The notes beneath the pieces were generated by a model. The model saw nothing but the letters and a program-made list of their open reading frames with translations, did not search any database and was not told the origin of the DNA. Shown here in pieces: positions 49,207-59,562 of a stretch of 64,000 nucleotides of DNA (the first letter of the stretch is position 1; each line of letters starts with the position of its first letter). This stretch comes from Candidatus Microgenomates bacterium (lineage in GTDB: Bacteria > Patescibacteriota > Microgenomatia > JACQLA01): positions 68,339 to 132,338 of the forward strand of contig JACQLA010000005.1 in NCBI GenBank assembly GCA_016204255.1. The letters are read 5' to 3'. A program made the translations under genes and the position numbers.

Positions 49207-50316
49207 ATGGATGTTTTTAATCCTTTTTTTCAAAATTTTCTCCTTTTTCCCTTCTTAACAGCTTTTATTTTTTCCTTTATTTCTACCCCTTTTGTCATTC
49301 GTCTGGCCCGTTATTTTGAACTGGTTGACAATCCTAAGGTAAGAAAGCACCCCGCGCACGTCCATAGTCACACCATTCCTCGAGCCGGAGGATTAGCGAT
49401 TTACTTCGGAATTATTATTAGCGTCATTCTATTTTTTCCTTTCTCGAAACAGTTATTGGGAATTGTGGGTGGGATGACCGCTCTTATTTTTATTGGCCTG
49501 CTAGATGATAAATTTGACCTTAATCCTTATTTCCGCTTAGTAACTAACTGTTTTGCGGCGCTTTTAGTCATCGGATCAGGAATCAGTATCGCCTATATCA
49601 CCAACCCCTTTGGAGGAATCATCCACTTCGATACCCTGAGGATAAAATTTAACTTTTTCGGACCGCACTCCATTATAGTATGGGCAGATCTTTTGGCCCT
49701 TATTTGGATTGTCTGGTGTATGAACATGGTCAACTGGTCAAAGGGTGTAGATGGGCAAATGCCGGGCTTTACCGCCATAAGCGCTTTCATTTTAGGAATT
49801 CTGGCCTTTCGTTTTGCCATCGGCGGTGATTCATCTCAATGGTTTGTGGTTGTCTTCAGCTTTATCGCTGCCGGCGCTTTTTCCGGTTTTATCCCTTTTA
49901 ATTTTTATCCGCAGAGGGTAATGCCTGGCTATGGAGGCGGGAGTTTAGCCGGCTTTATTTTAGCAATACTGGCTATTTTATCCGGCGCAAAACTTGCCAC
50001 AGCCATTTTGGTTTTGGGTGTTCCTATGGTTGACGCTTGCTACACCATCGCCCGAAGAATGTTTAGCAAGCGTTCTCCTGTTTGGGCTGATCGCGGACAT
50101 CTCCATCATAAACTTATGGATCTTGGTTGGGGTAAACGCCGGATTGCTTTATTTTATTGGCTGCTCTCTGCTATACTAGGGGCGGTTTCTTTGAATCTCA
50201 ATAGCCGGGGTAAATTTTTTGCCATCGTCCTTGTTGGAGTGCTTTTAGGAGGTGTTCTTTTATGGTTAAGCTTTTGGGCTACCTTTTCAAGGCAAGCCGA
50301 CCGAAACAATGGTTAA
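49207..50316 (+). CDS. WecA/TagO-like polyprenyl-phosphate sugar-1-phosphate transferase (MraY superfamily)
   Basis: PRAGGLAI, GLLDDK, NMVNWSKGVDG, FNFYP, ADRGHLHHKL. Confidence 0.88.
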   Translation: MDVFNPFFQNFLLFPFLTAFIFSFISTPFVIRLARYFELVDNPKVRKHPAHVHSHTIPRAGGLAIYFGIIISVILFFPFSKQLLGIVGGMTALIFIGLLDDKFDLNPYFRLVTNCFAALLVIGSGISIAYITNPFGGIIHFDTLRIKFNFFGPHSIIVWADLLALIWIVWCMNMVNWSKGVDGQMPGFTAISAFILGILAFRFAIGGDSSQWFVVVFSFIAAGAFSGFIPFNFYPQRVMPGYGGGSLAGFILAILAILSGAKLATAILVLGVPMVDACYTIARRMFSKRSPVWADRGHLHHKLMDLGWGKRRIALFYWLLSAILGAVSLNLNSRGKFFAIVLVGVLLGGVLLWLSFWATFSRQADRNNG

Positions 50317-51206
50317 AAAACCTTAGCCTTTTTGCGGCAATAGTTTTCACCGGGCAGCTTTTTACTCCTGAATTGCTTAAAATCAGCCTTTTTGCGTTTG
50401 TGATTTTTTGTCTCCTTTCTTCCAGCTCCTATTTAATTAACGACGTAATTGATGCCAATCGTGATCGTTTGCATCCATTTAAAAAATTACGCCCCATTGC
50501 CTCGGGAAAGCTCTCCCGCAATTTCGCCCTAGGGGTGGCCTTAGCGGAAGTTATTTTCGCTCTTAATTTTTCTTTACTGATAAGCCAAGGGTTCTTTTTA
50601 ATTGCTCTAACCTTCTGGATGCTCCATATGTCCTACTCCTTTTTTCTCAAGAAGGCGACAGTAATTGACATTTTAGCAATAGCAACCTGCTATATCCTGC
50701 GAGTTTATGCTGGCGAGATAGCCACCGGTTTTCACCTCTCTGTCTGGCTAATGCTTTGCATTATTTCTCTTTCTCTCTTTTTAGCCATCGGCAAAAGACG
50801 TTCTGAACTCACTCTTTTGACTGCCCACAATGAATCAATTTCTGCTAAAGTTCGCGGGACTCTTTTACATTACTCCGAAAAACTGCTGGACGTATACACT
50901 GCCATTTTTGCTAACGCCATTTGGATAACTTATGCCTTCTTTACCTTTTTGGAGCGTCCACCAACTTACGGCTGGCTGTGGCAAAGTCAATGGGGACAGT
51001 TTTTGTATTCTTCCTACGCCGACCGCAAATGGCTTATGGCCACTATTCCTTTAGTAATCTATGGTATTATGCGATACCTGCAGCTTATTTATGAAAAATC
51101 AGAGGGTGAATCCCCGGAGGAAGTTTTGCTCTCCGACAAACCTCTTTTGTTTACGGTGATTTTTTGGAGCTTTGCGGTCGTAATTATCATTTATGGACTT
51201 GGTTAA
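50262..51206 (+). CDS. UbiA-family decaprenyl-phosphate phosphoribosyltransferase-like protein
   Basis: RPKQWLKN, YLINDVID...DRLHPFKKLRPIASG, KRRSEL. Confidence 0.85.
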   Translation: MVKLLGYLFKASRPKQWLKNLSLFAAIVFTGQLFTPELLKISLFAFVIFCLLSSSSYLINDVIDANRDRLHPFKKLRPIASGKLSRNFALGVALAEVIFALNFSLLISQGFFLIALTFWMLHMSYSFFLKKATVIDILAIATCYILRVYAGEIATGFHLSVWLMLCIISLSLFLAIGKRRSELTLLTAHNESISAKVRGTLLHYSEKLLDVYTAIFANAIWITYAFFTFLERPPTYGWLWQSQWGQFLYSSYADRKWLMATIPLVIYGIMRYLQLIYEKSEGESPEEVLLSDKPLLFTVIFWSFAVVIIIYGLG

Positions 51207-52030
51207 AGTCCATTAATCTTTTGTCCGTATTGGGAGGAAATCCAGCCCTCTTTTTCCTCGCCATCCTCATTGTACTGGATTTTAAACCAATCTTCCTGCT
51301 CTTCAAGCAAAGGATATTCTTCATTGGGCTTAATTTTGGCCGCTTCGCTGGCGGCAACCGATGGCTCGGTTCTGACCCGCAACCATCCAGTAGGAGTTTT
51401 AAGAATTTTAACCTTTAAAACAGCACTCTCGGAGGCTATTTTGGGGACTTCCTGAACAGTTCCCGCAAGCTTTACATTGATCAAAAGTTTATATCCGGCC
51501 GCTGTCCTAATAGTTAGAGTTCTTTCTTGATAACCGGGAAAAGAAAAACGTAACTCATGGTCGCCACTTTCATAACCGCCCAAAACCTTGGGCGCTGTCC
51601 CCTGATCTTCACCATCAATCGAAAAGCTCGCGCCATCCGGATCTGATAAAACCATTATTTCTCCTTTTTTTTCATTAGTTTTTTCTAAAGTTAGGATCTC
51701 CCCTACCGATTCCTTTTCTGTTGGCCCAAAAAGATAATTTACCGAAGTTAAAACCCGAGGATAAAGTTTAACTTTCCGCTCAACAATAGAGCCGTTATTC
51801 TCTTGTACGAGGCGGAGTGTGTACTCACCCGGCGCAAGCTGATCATTTTCTAAAGGAGACTTGCCCAAATCTTTTCCATCAAGGAAAACCCGGGCAGGAG
51901 GAATGGTCGTTACTTGTAGTGCGGCAACAACGTTTTTTTTGGGTAAGGCGGCGATTATATTCCCTCCCCAAAAAATCGCTCCGCCAAGAAGGACAAAGCC
52001 AATAAATAGTAAAAAATAACCTTTTCTCAT
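51203..52030 (-). CDS. PEGA-domain protein with C-terminal SH3b domain
   Basis: Two PEGA repeats (T.P..ARVFLDG..LG.SP; SDPDGA...IDG...G.AP); WLRVRTEPS...GWISSQY. Confidence 0.8.
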   Translation of the reverse strand: MRKGYFLLFIGFVLLGGAIFWGGNIIAALPKKNVVAALQVTTIPPARVFLDGKDLGKSPLENDQLAPGEYTLRLVQENNGSIVERKVKLYPRVLTSVNYLFGPTEKESVGEILTLEKTNEKKGEIMVLSDPDGASFSIDGEDQGTAPKVLGGYESGDHELRFSFPGYQERTLTIRTAAGYKLLINVKLAGTVQEVPKIASESAVLKVKILKTPTGWLRVRTEPSVAASEAAKIKPNEEYPLLEEQEDWFKIQYNEDGEEKEGWISSQYGQKINGL

Positions 52031-52145
52031 GTTGTATCTATACCTAATTCCACCAACAACAAAATTCAGACCTATTAATAATACCCATAATTATACACTC
52101 CCTCTGAAAGAGGTATAGTAATTTCTTCCTGTAAGCGTAAGGAAT

Positions 52146-52853
52146 TTGACTTTTGAACGGATTTTTGCTAGAATCAGGTTTCTCCTATTTACAGTAGGAG
52201 TTTTTTCTTTTTTTCGCCCCATCAGGCGAAAACCTCTAGCTCGTTTCCTGTCCTTAAAAAAACAAGCAGAGATAGTTATGGTTAAAAAAATAAAGATTTC
52301 CTATCGCTTTTTAAGCCGGAAATTTTTGGACCAAAAACGAATCAAAAAAATAGTTGGGATTAATCTAGTAGCCATCGGGCTACTCTTTGGTATTTTGCCT
52401 TCGGGCGTGGAAGCTTTTTATAACCGCCAGATTATTAGCGATTTATCCACCATCCAATTTACGGTTCAAGAGCTAACAACGCTGAAAGCCTCCCAATTTC
52501 CACTTAAAACTTACGATTATATCTCACAATATTTTTCTTACTATCACCCGGGAATTGACTTAAGTGCACCTTTTAAAACTCCCATTTACCCCATTGAAAA
52601 GGGAGAAGTTAAGGCAATTTACAGTCTTTTTTATGACTATGGCCGATATATCGTTATTGACCACGGCGATGGTTTGGAGTCCTTATACGCGCATCTTTCC
52701 TCTTTTAATGTTAACGTGGGTGATAAGGTAACTAAAGAAAGCGTAATTGGCTTTGTTGGGGCCACCGGACGAGCAACAGGTAGTCATCTGCACTTGGAAA
52801 TTTGGATAAACGGCAAGGCTTTAAATCCGCTTGAGGTTTTAGGAGAAAAATAA
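52146..52853 (+). CDS. M23-family metallopeptidase (start may be ATG 52278)
   Basis: HPGIDL, YGRYIVIDH, YAHL, GATGRATGSHLHLE. Confidence 0.9.
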   Translation: MTFERIFARIRFLLFTVGVFSFFRPIRRKPLARFLSLKKQAEIVMVKKIKISYRFLSRKFLDQKRIKKIVGINLVAIGLLFGILPSGVEAFYNRQIISDLSTIQFTVQELTTLKASQFPLKTYDYISQYFSYYHPGIDLSAPFKTPIYPIEKGEVKAIYSLFYDYGRYIVIDHGDGLESLYAHLSSFNVNVGDKVTKESVIGFVGATGRATGSHLHLEIWINGKALNPLEVLGEK

Positions 52854-52880
52854 ACCATCCGTAAAGTAGTTTAACCATTT

Positions 52881-52910
52881 AAAAAGCGCTCCCGCGGGAG
52901 CGCTTTTTTT
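52881..52910. terminator. Bidirectional intrinsic terminator
   Basis: AAAAAGCGCTCCC-GC-GGGAGCGCTTTTT between convergent genes. Confidence 0.85.
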
Positions 52911-52942
52911 ATTAGCAATTAGATAATTTGAAAGTTTGTAAT

Positions 52943-54583
<1,641 letters not shown>

Positions 54584-54886
54584 TTATTCAACAATAGCTA
54601 AGATATCTTTTTGTTCGACAAGCAACCATTCCCCGCCTTCAACTTTGACCTCATTTCCGCCCCATTTTTTATACATCACTTTCTGCCCGACTTTAACCAC
54701 GATTGGAAGTTTTTTTCCTTCGTCGCTTGTGGCTCCAGGACCGATAGCCATCACTTGGCCAATTTGAGGTTTTTCTTTGACGGATTCGGGTAATAAAATC
54801 CCGGAAGGAGTTTTTGTTTCCTCCGCTAAGGGTTTAATAAGAATATAATCAAATAACGGTTTAATTTTTGCTGTTTTGTTAGTCAT
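54584..54886 (-). CDS. groES: Co-chaperonin GroES
   Basis: IKPLFD, TPSGILLP, KEKPQ.G.V.A.GPG, DILAIV. Confidence 0.97.
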   Translation of the reverse strand: MTNKTAKIKPLFDYILIKPLAEETKTPSGILLPESVKEKPQIGQVMAIGPGATSDEGKKLPIVVKVGQKVMYKKWGGNEVKVEGGEWLLVEQKDILAIVE

Positions 54887-54910
54887 AAAATCCCCTTTTA
54901 ACGATAAAAA

Positions 54911-54937
54911 ATATCACTCTTTTAAAGCGACTGCTAA
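54911..54937 (-). promoter_or_regulatory. CIRCE-like operator upstream of groES
   Basis: Minus strand TTAGCAGTC-N9-GAGTGATAT, downstream of TTGACA (about 54967-54962). Confidence 0.75.
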
Positions 54938-54956
54938 TATATATAGCAAAAACCTG

Positions 54957-55898
54957 TCATTTGTCAAGAGGTAAATTCCGAATTCTCGCGTAATAGCTTG
55001 CCAAAATCCACTTTCTGGCATCTTGGGGGTGAAATCGAATCGCTCCATCACTAATTATCTCGGTCGTACGGTGTCTGCGCATATACCATAATTGAAGGTT
55101 TTTAAAAAACTTTTCAAAAAGCGCAAAAGCATAAATAGTTAAAACGGGTGGGCCCGAATTATGTTTTCTTAAACCTCGGTTTTTTGTTTTTATTCCCTTC
55201 GGCAAATATTTTTTTACCCAGAGGTTAGCTTTTAGGAATTTTTCGTGAGCATAATCTCTATCCCATAAAGATATTAATTGCGCGACCTCGTGTGCCGTAT
55301 ATAAATCTTGGTCTTCAGGAGAAATCTGAAGGTGTTCTTCATCCAGAAACATATTGAGGCAGATTTTGTCTTTAGTTTCCTTCTCCCGTGGACGCCGGCG
55401 CTGGCCTAAGATTTCTAATAAAATAGTCGTCCAAAAACGGGTTAGCCAAAGAGTTCCCGTCTTGCTCACAATCAAAATATCAATATCATCATCTTGTTCG
55501 CTGTTTCTAACCGCCAGAGTCCCGGTTAAAGCAATCATCTTGATTGTGGGGATAAGTTTAAGAAAATGAGTGATGCGCCTGGCTTTAATTAATTTCACCC
55601 TGCTCCATTTTTCCCTTTCCTGTCGAATTCTCACAATTTTTTCTCGCTTTTTCAAAAAATAAAATCCGTCCTTAAATCCAAATTTATCCGAAGATTTACT
55701 CCGAATTGATCCAAATTTATCTTTCCATTCGGATTTATTTGGATTAATAATTCGAGTTTCATCCGGATCTTTAATAAGCCAGCGAAAAAGTTCTTTTTCC
55801 GTAAGGGGATAGTCAAAAACATCAGCGTAAGCCAGAGTTTTGAGAACAGCGTTCTCCATCGGGATATTCTTTACCCCTGGCTTATTTACTACATTCAT
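54957..55898 (-). CDS. Nucleotidyltransferase-fold protein
   Basis: IALTGTLA.....DDDIDILIV (GS-x-DxD-like), DKICLNMFLD. Confidence 0.65.
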   Translation of the reverse strand: MNVVNKPGVKNIPMENAVLKTLAYADVFDYPLTEKELFRWLIKDPDETRIINPNKSEWKDKFGSIRSKSSDKFGFKDGFYFLKKREKIVRIRQEREKWSRVKLIKARRITHFLKLIPTIKMIALTGTLAVRNSEQDDDIDILIVSKTGTLWLTRFWTTILLEILGQRRRPREKETKDKICLNMFLDEEHLQISPEDQDLYTAHEVAQLISLWDRDYAHEKFLKANLWVKKYLPKGIKTKNRGLRKHNSGPPVLTIYAFALFEKFFKNLQLWYMRRHRTTEIISDGAIRFHPQDARKWILASYYARIRNLPLDK

Positions 55899-55909
55899 TT
55901 ATGTTCTGT

Positions 55910-57478
55910 TTATTGGGCAGCAACGTTATAAGTGGAGAGAATCTGCTTAACTCCCTTAGCGGCAGTTTCAAGCGCAGACTTGGGGCTAACTCCGCGATTG
56001 ACGGAATTAACGGCGTCCTCAAGATATTTAATCCCCTTATCATTTATCCCATTGTCAAAAGTCTGGGAGCTAAAATAAAAAGATTGTGCATCGGATGCTT
56101 GTTTAATATAGGGCCAAATATAGGGATCGTTTTCTAAACTCGAGGCCAAATCTTGTCGACTATAAGGCTCACCAAAGGTTCGAGTTTTGGCAATTTCGGT
56201 GTAAAACTTTACCATAGTGTCTTTCTGAGAAAGATATTTTAAAAATTCCCATGCTTCTTTCTGATGAGAACTTTTCGCTGAAACACCCTCTGCCCAATAA
56301 CTCGCCCAGGTGATATTTGATCCGGGCAGCTGAGGAACCGGCAAAACTTTAAATTTAAGATCGGGATTTATGGCCTTAATTTTTAGAATTTGCCAAGAGG
56401 GGGCAAAAATCATAGCCACTTTCCCCGCGGCAAAAGCCTCGGTCGAAGCGGGCAGGATTTCATCCCAAACTTTATTATCGCCTTGAGCAAAAGAAGTGTA
56501 AAAAGTAAGAGCGTCTTCGGCTAATTTTCCCTGGGGATTTTTTAAATCTACTCCATTTTGGAGAAGCATTAGCGCTAAAATATCGCTCCAACCATCAATA
56601 TTGGCGGTCAAACCCAGAGCCGCACCGGCAGTCTTAATTCGCCCCTGTTGATCTTTGACCGTCAACAGATAAGCAGCTTTTTGCAAATCGAGCCAGTTAG
56701 CTGGCGGTGGTAAACTGGCTTCTTTAAAAATCTCCTCATTATATAATAACGCCAAGCCATCAACCTCCAGAGGGATGCCGTAATAATTATTACCCATTTT
56801 TAAGTCTCTCGTTGCAACCGGATAGAAGATTTTTTGGAAGTCATTTGCGGAATAAACATTTGAAGGAACCGGTGAAAGCCCGGTTTTAAGCATTGGCAAC
56901 CAAGTATTATGGAACCGGAAAAGATCGGGCCCGTCACTACGAACCAAGGCCGCTTGGAGTCTTTCGCGATACTCTTTGGGGCTTTGTTTTTTGTAAACAA
57001 TCTTAACTCCCCGGTGGCTTTTCTCAAAATCAGTGATTATTGACTGTACTACTTTTTCATCCTCCCAAAGACCCCAGTAAGTAAGGTTCACTCCTCCCGG
57101 CCTCATGCTGGCCGGCAAGACGGGCAAAACAAATTTCCAAATCCCAAAACCCAGCCCTCCCAAAAAAATAAGAATTAAAAGAAAAATTAACAACCTCTTT
57201 AAAGAACTCCAGGCTGAAGTGGTAACCACGCCTGGCGGCGGCGATACCGGAGGATTGTTTTCTACCGAAGCGCTTTCTCCCGTAGGAGACGAGGAAACAG
57301 GCGGGGATACAGGCCGAAGGGGATGAAAATTTGTTAAGGGCGTGTAACTGCTGGCTGGAGTTGAAGCTTCATTTTTTACCGGGGAAAATCCCGGAGGAAC
57401 TGTTGCTGCTTTTGGAGCAGATGCGGACTGTCCAGGCAAGATATCGCTCGGGCCGGTTTTAGGATCAAAATTAGCCAT
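55910..57478 (-). CDS. Membrane-anchored sugar-type solute-binding protein with Pro/Ser-rich N-terminus
   Basis: LTYWGLWE, GPDLF, YGIPL.VD.LALLYN..IF, FAAGKVAM, AWEFLKYL. Confidence 0.8.
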   Translation of the reverse strand: MANFDPKTGPSDILPGQSASAPKAATVPPGFSPVKNEASTPASSYTPLTNFHPLRPVSPPVSSSPTGESASVENNPPVSPPPGVVTTSAWSSLKRLLIFLLILIFLGGLGFGIWKFVLPVLPASMRPGGVNLTYWGLWEDEKVVQSIITDFEKSHRGVKIVYKKQSPKEYRERLQAALVRSDGPDLFRFHNTWLPMLKTGLSPVPSNVYSANDFQKIFYPVATRDLKMGNNYYGIPLEVDGLALLYNEEIFKEASLPPPANWLDLQKAAYLLTVKDQQGRIKTAGAALGLTANIDGWSDILALMLLQNGVDLKNPQGKLAEDALTFYTSFAQGDNKVWDEILPASTEAFAAGKVAMIFAPSWQILKIKAINPDLKFKVLPVPQLPGSNITWASYWAEGVSAKSSHQKEAWEFLKYLSQKDTMVKFYTEIAKTRTFGEPYSRQDLASSLENDPYIWPYIKQASDAQSFYFSSQTFDNGINDKGIKYLEDAVNSVNRGVSPKSALETAAKGVKQILSTYNVAAQ

Positions 57479-57509
57479 TTATGGTATCATATAACAAACA
57501 AAAAATAAA

Positions 57510-58919
57510 ATGCAAGCGAAATTATGGCGAAAAAAAATTAAAATTTGGAGAAAAATCTTTTTCTTCACTCTGGGCATCACCTTCGGCGGTTTTTTCACAC
57601 TAACTACCTTTATTATCGTCTGGGAACGTCAGTTTGACGGCCGGGTCTATTCCGGAGTTAGAATTTCGGGAAAGGATTTTGGAGGCAAAACCCCGAAAGA
57701 GGTGGAAGATTTTTTCAAGCAAAAAAACAGCGAGCTTTCTTTTCAATTCACCTTCAGTCACCAAAGCACTATCTCTACTTTAAGCGCTCAGGATTTGGAT
57801 TGGGGATATAACGAAAAATTAATCGCCGCTCAAGCTTTTTATTTTGGCCGTTCAGGCCATTTATTTTCTGATCTTTATTTTAAAACTTTAGCCTTAAGAA
57901 ACGGTTTTGATATTAATCCTGCCTATTATTACAACGATGTAAGGCTCACCTCGCTGCTATCAAAACTTGGTGAAAAAATTGATATCCCCGCCCAGGAAGG
58001 GCTTTTTCAATACAGTAGCGGCAAAGTTACCGCTTTCCGTCCCTCCCGGGCCGGACAAATCCTAGACATCGAGGAAGCCAAGAAAAATTTCGCTGATAGT
58101 TTCAAAATTATTAACACCGGCACTTCATCGTCGCTGTTTGTTTTAAAACTTCCGGTAAAAAAAATTGAACCAAAAGTAACTACCGAAAATGCCAATAATC
58201 TCGGCATTAAGGAACTTGTGGCCAGCGGGTCATCGCGTTTTGTCGGCTCAATCCCTAACCGAATCCACAATATTCAACTGGCTGCTTCCCGCTTAAACGG
58301 AATTTTAGTGGCTCCGGGGGAAGAATTCTCTTTCAATAATACTTTGGGGGATGTTTCAAAATTTACCGGCTATAAAGAAGCCTATGTTATTCAAAATGGT
58401 CGAACAGTCTTAGGCGATGGCGGTGGAGTTTGCCAGGTTTCGACTACTCTTTTTCGCGCGCTTTTAAATGCCGGCTTGCCGATTACTGAACGTCACCCTC
58501 ATTCCTATCGAGTAGGCTACTATGAGCAGGGGTCGCCAGTGGGCTTGGATGCCTCGGTTTATGCTCCCAACTGGGATTTAAAATTTAGAAATGACACTGG
58601 CTCTTATCTTCTTATCCAGTCAGTATTTAATCTGCGGGATGCCTCGCTGGTCTTTGAACTTTATGGTCAAAATGACGGCCGAACGGCCATAATCACCACA
58701 CCACAAATTACAAATCAAAAACCACCGCCTGAAGATTTATACCAGGATGGTCCAACCTTACCCAAAGGCGAGCTAAAACAGGTCGACTGGAAAGCCTGGG
58801 GGGCAGATGTTTCTTTTTCCCGGGTGGTTAAAAAGGGCGAGGAGACATTAATTTCTGAAAAATTCAACTCCCGTTATCAACCTTGGCAATCTGTCTTTTT
58901 GCGCGGAACCAAAGAATGA
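57510..58919 (+). CDS. VanW-family protein with PG-binding-like region
   Basis: RIHNIQLAA, PGEEFSFN, GGGVCQVSTTLFRA, ERHPHSY, DLKFRND. Confidence 0.9.
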   Translation: MQAKLWRKKIKIWRKIFFFTLGITFGGFFTLTTFIIVWERQFDGRVYSGVRISGKDFGGKTPKEVEDFFKQKNSELSFQFTFSHQSTISTLSAQDLDWGYNEKLIAAQAFYFGRSGHLFSDLYFKTLALRNGFDINPAYYYNDVRLTSLLSKLGEKIDIPAQEGLFQYSSGKVTAFRPSRAGQILDIEEAKKNFADSFKIINTGTSSSLFVLKLPVKKIEPKVTTENANNLGIKELVASGSSRFVGSIPNRIHNIQLAASRLNGILVAPGEEFSFNNTLGDVSKFTGYKEAYVIQNGRTVLGDGGGVCQVSTTLFRALLNAGLPITERHPHSYRVGYYEQGSPVGLDASVYAPNWDLKFRNDTGSYLLIQSVFNLRDASLVFELYGQNDGRTAIITTPQITNQKPPPEDLYQDGPTLPKGELKQVDWKAWGADVSFSRVVKKGEETLISEKFNSRYQPWQSVFLRGTKE

Positions 58920-58941
58920 AAATAAGAAACTTTAGAGCACT

Positions 58942-59054
58942 AAATTCTAAACAAATCTTAATAACCAACATCCAAAAAATCAAAATTGTTTTTGAGCCTT
59001 TTAAAATTTGAGTTTTAAATTTGTTTCGAATTTCGATATTGGGATTTAGGATTT
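58942..59054. repeat. AT-rich imperfect palindrome with heptamer-like tail
   Basis: AAATTCTAAACAAAT (58942-58956)/ATTTGTTTCGAATTT (59019-59033), then gatattg ggattta ggattt. Confidence 0.6.
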
Positions 59055-59540
59055 ATGAGTAAAATAATCCGTCTAACTAAAGCTACCACAATAAGCCAAA
59101 AATTAAGGGGTGCCGGAAAAACTATAGTCTTGGTTGGTGGTTGTTTTGATATTCTTCATTTAGGGCATATTAAATTCCTGGAGGAAGCAAAAAAAGCGGA
59201 CGGCATCCTTTTTATCGCCTTAGAAAGCGATCATAATGTTCGTCGGCGTAAAGGAGGCGCCCGCCCGATAAACTCTCAGAAAGACCGGGCTAAAATTCTG
59301 GCTGCCTTAAAACATGTCGATTTTGTGATCCTTCTACCCGACATGCGAGGATTCGATAATTATTTTGAGATGGTTGAAACAATCAATCCGCATTTCATTG
59401 CCGTCACCGAGGGTGATTATCATTTTGATCTTAAAAAAAGGCAGGCGGAAAAAATAGGCGCTCAAATTTTGGTTGTCACGCCCGTTTTACGAACAAAATC
59501 CACTACCAAGATTGCTCAACTTTTGGAAAAGGAAATCTAA
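59055..59540 (+). CDS. Cytidylyltransferase-family protein (RfaE-II/TagD/FAD synthase-like)
   Basis: GGCFDILHLGH, RRKG..RPI, STT.I. Confidence 0.85.
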   Translation: MSKIIRLTKATTISQKLRGAGKTIVLVGGCFDILHLGHIKFLEEAKKADGILFIALESDHNVRRRKGGARPINSQKDRAKILAALKHVDFVILLPDMRGFDNYFEMVETINPHFIAVTEGDYHFDLKKRQAEKIGAQILVVTPVLRTKSTTKIAQLLEKEI

Positions 59541-59562
59541 TTCTGAATTTAAGGAGAGAAAA

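Noticed and set aside
54957..55898. MNT-HEPN toxin-antitoxin or CBASS cyclase
   Set aside because: No HEPN partner or effector gene is adjacent; the context is housekeeping
59473..59562. Extended tsaD N-terminus from the ORF track
   Set aside because: Overlaps the upstream gene; ATG 59563 has an RBS and the canonical MRILGIE start
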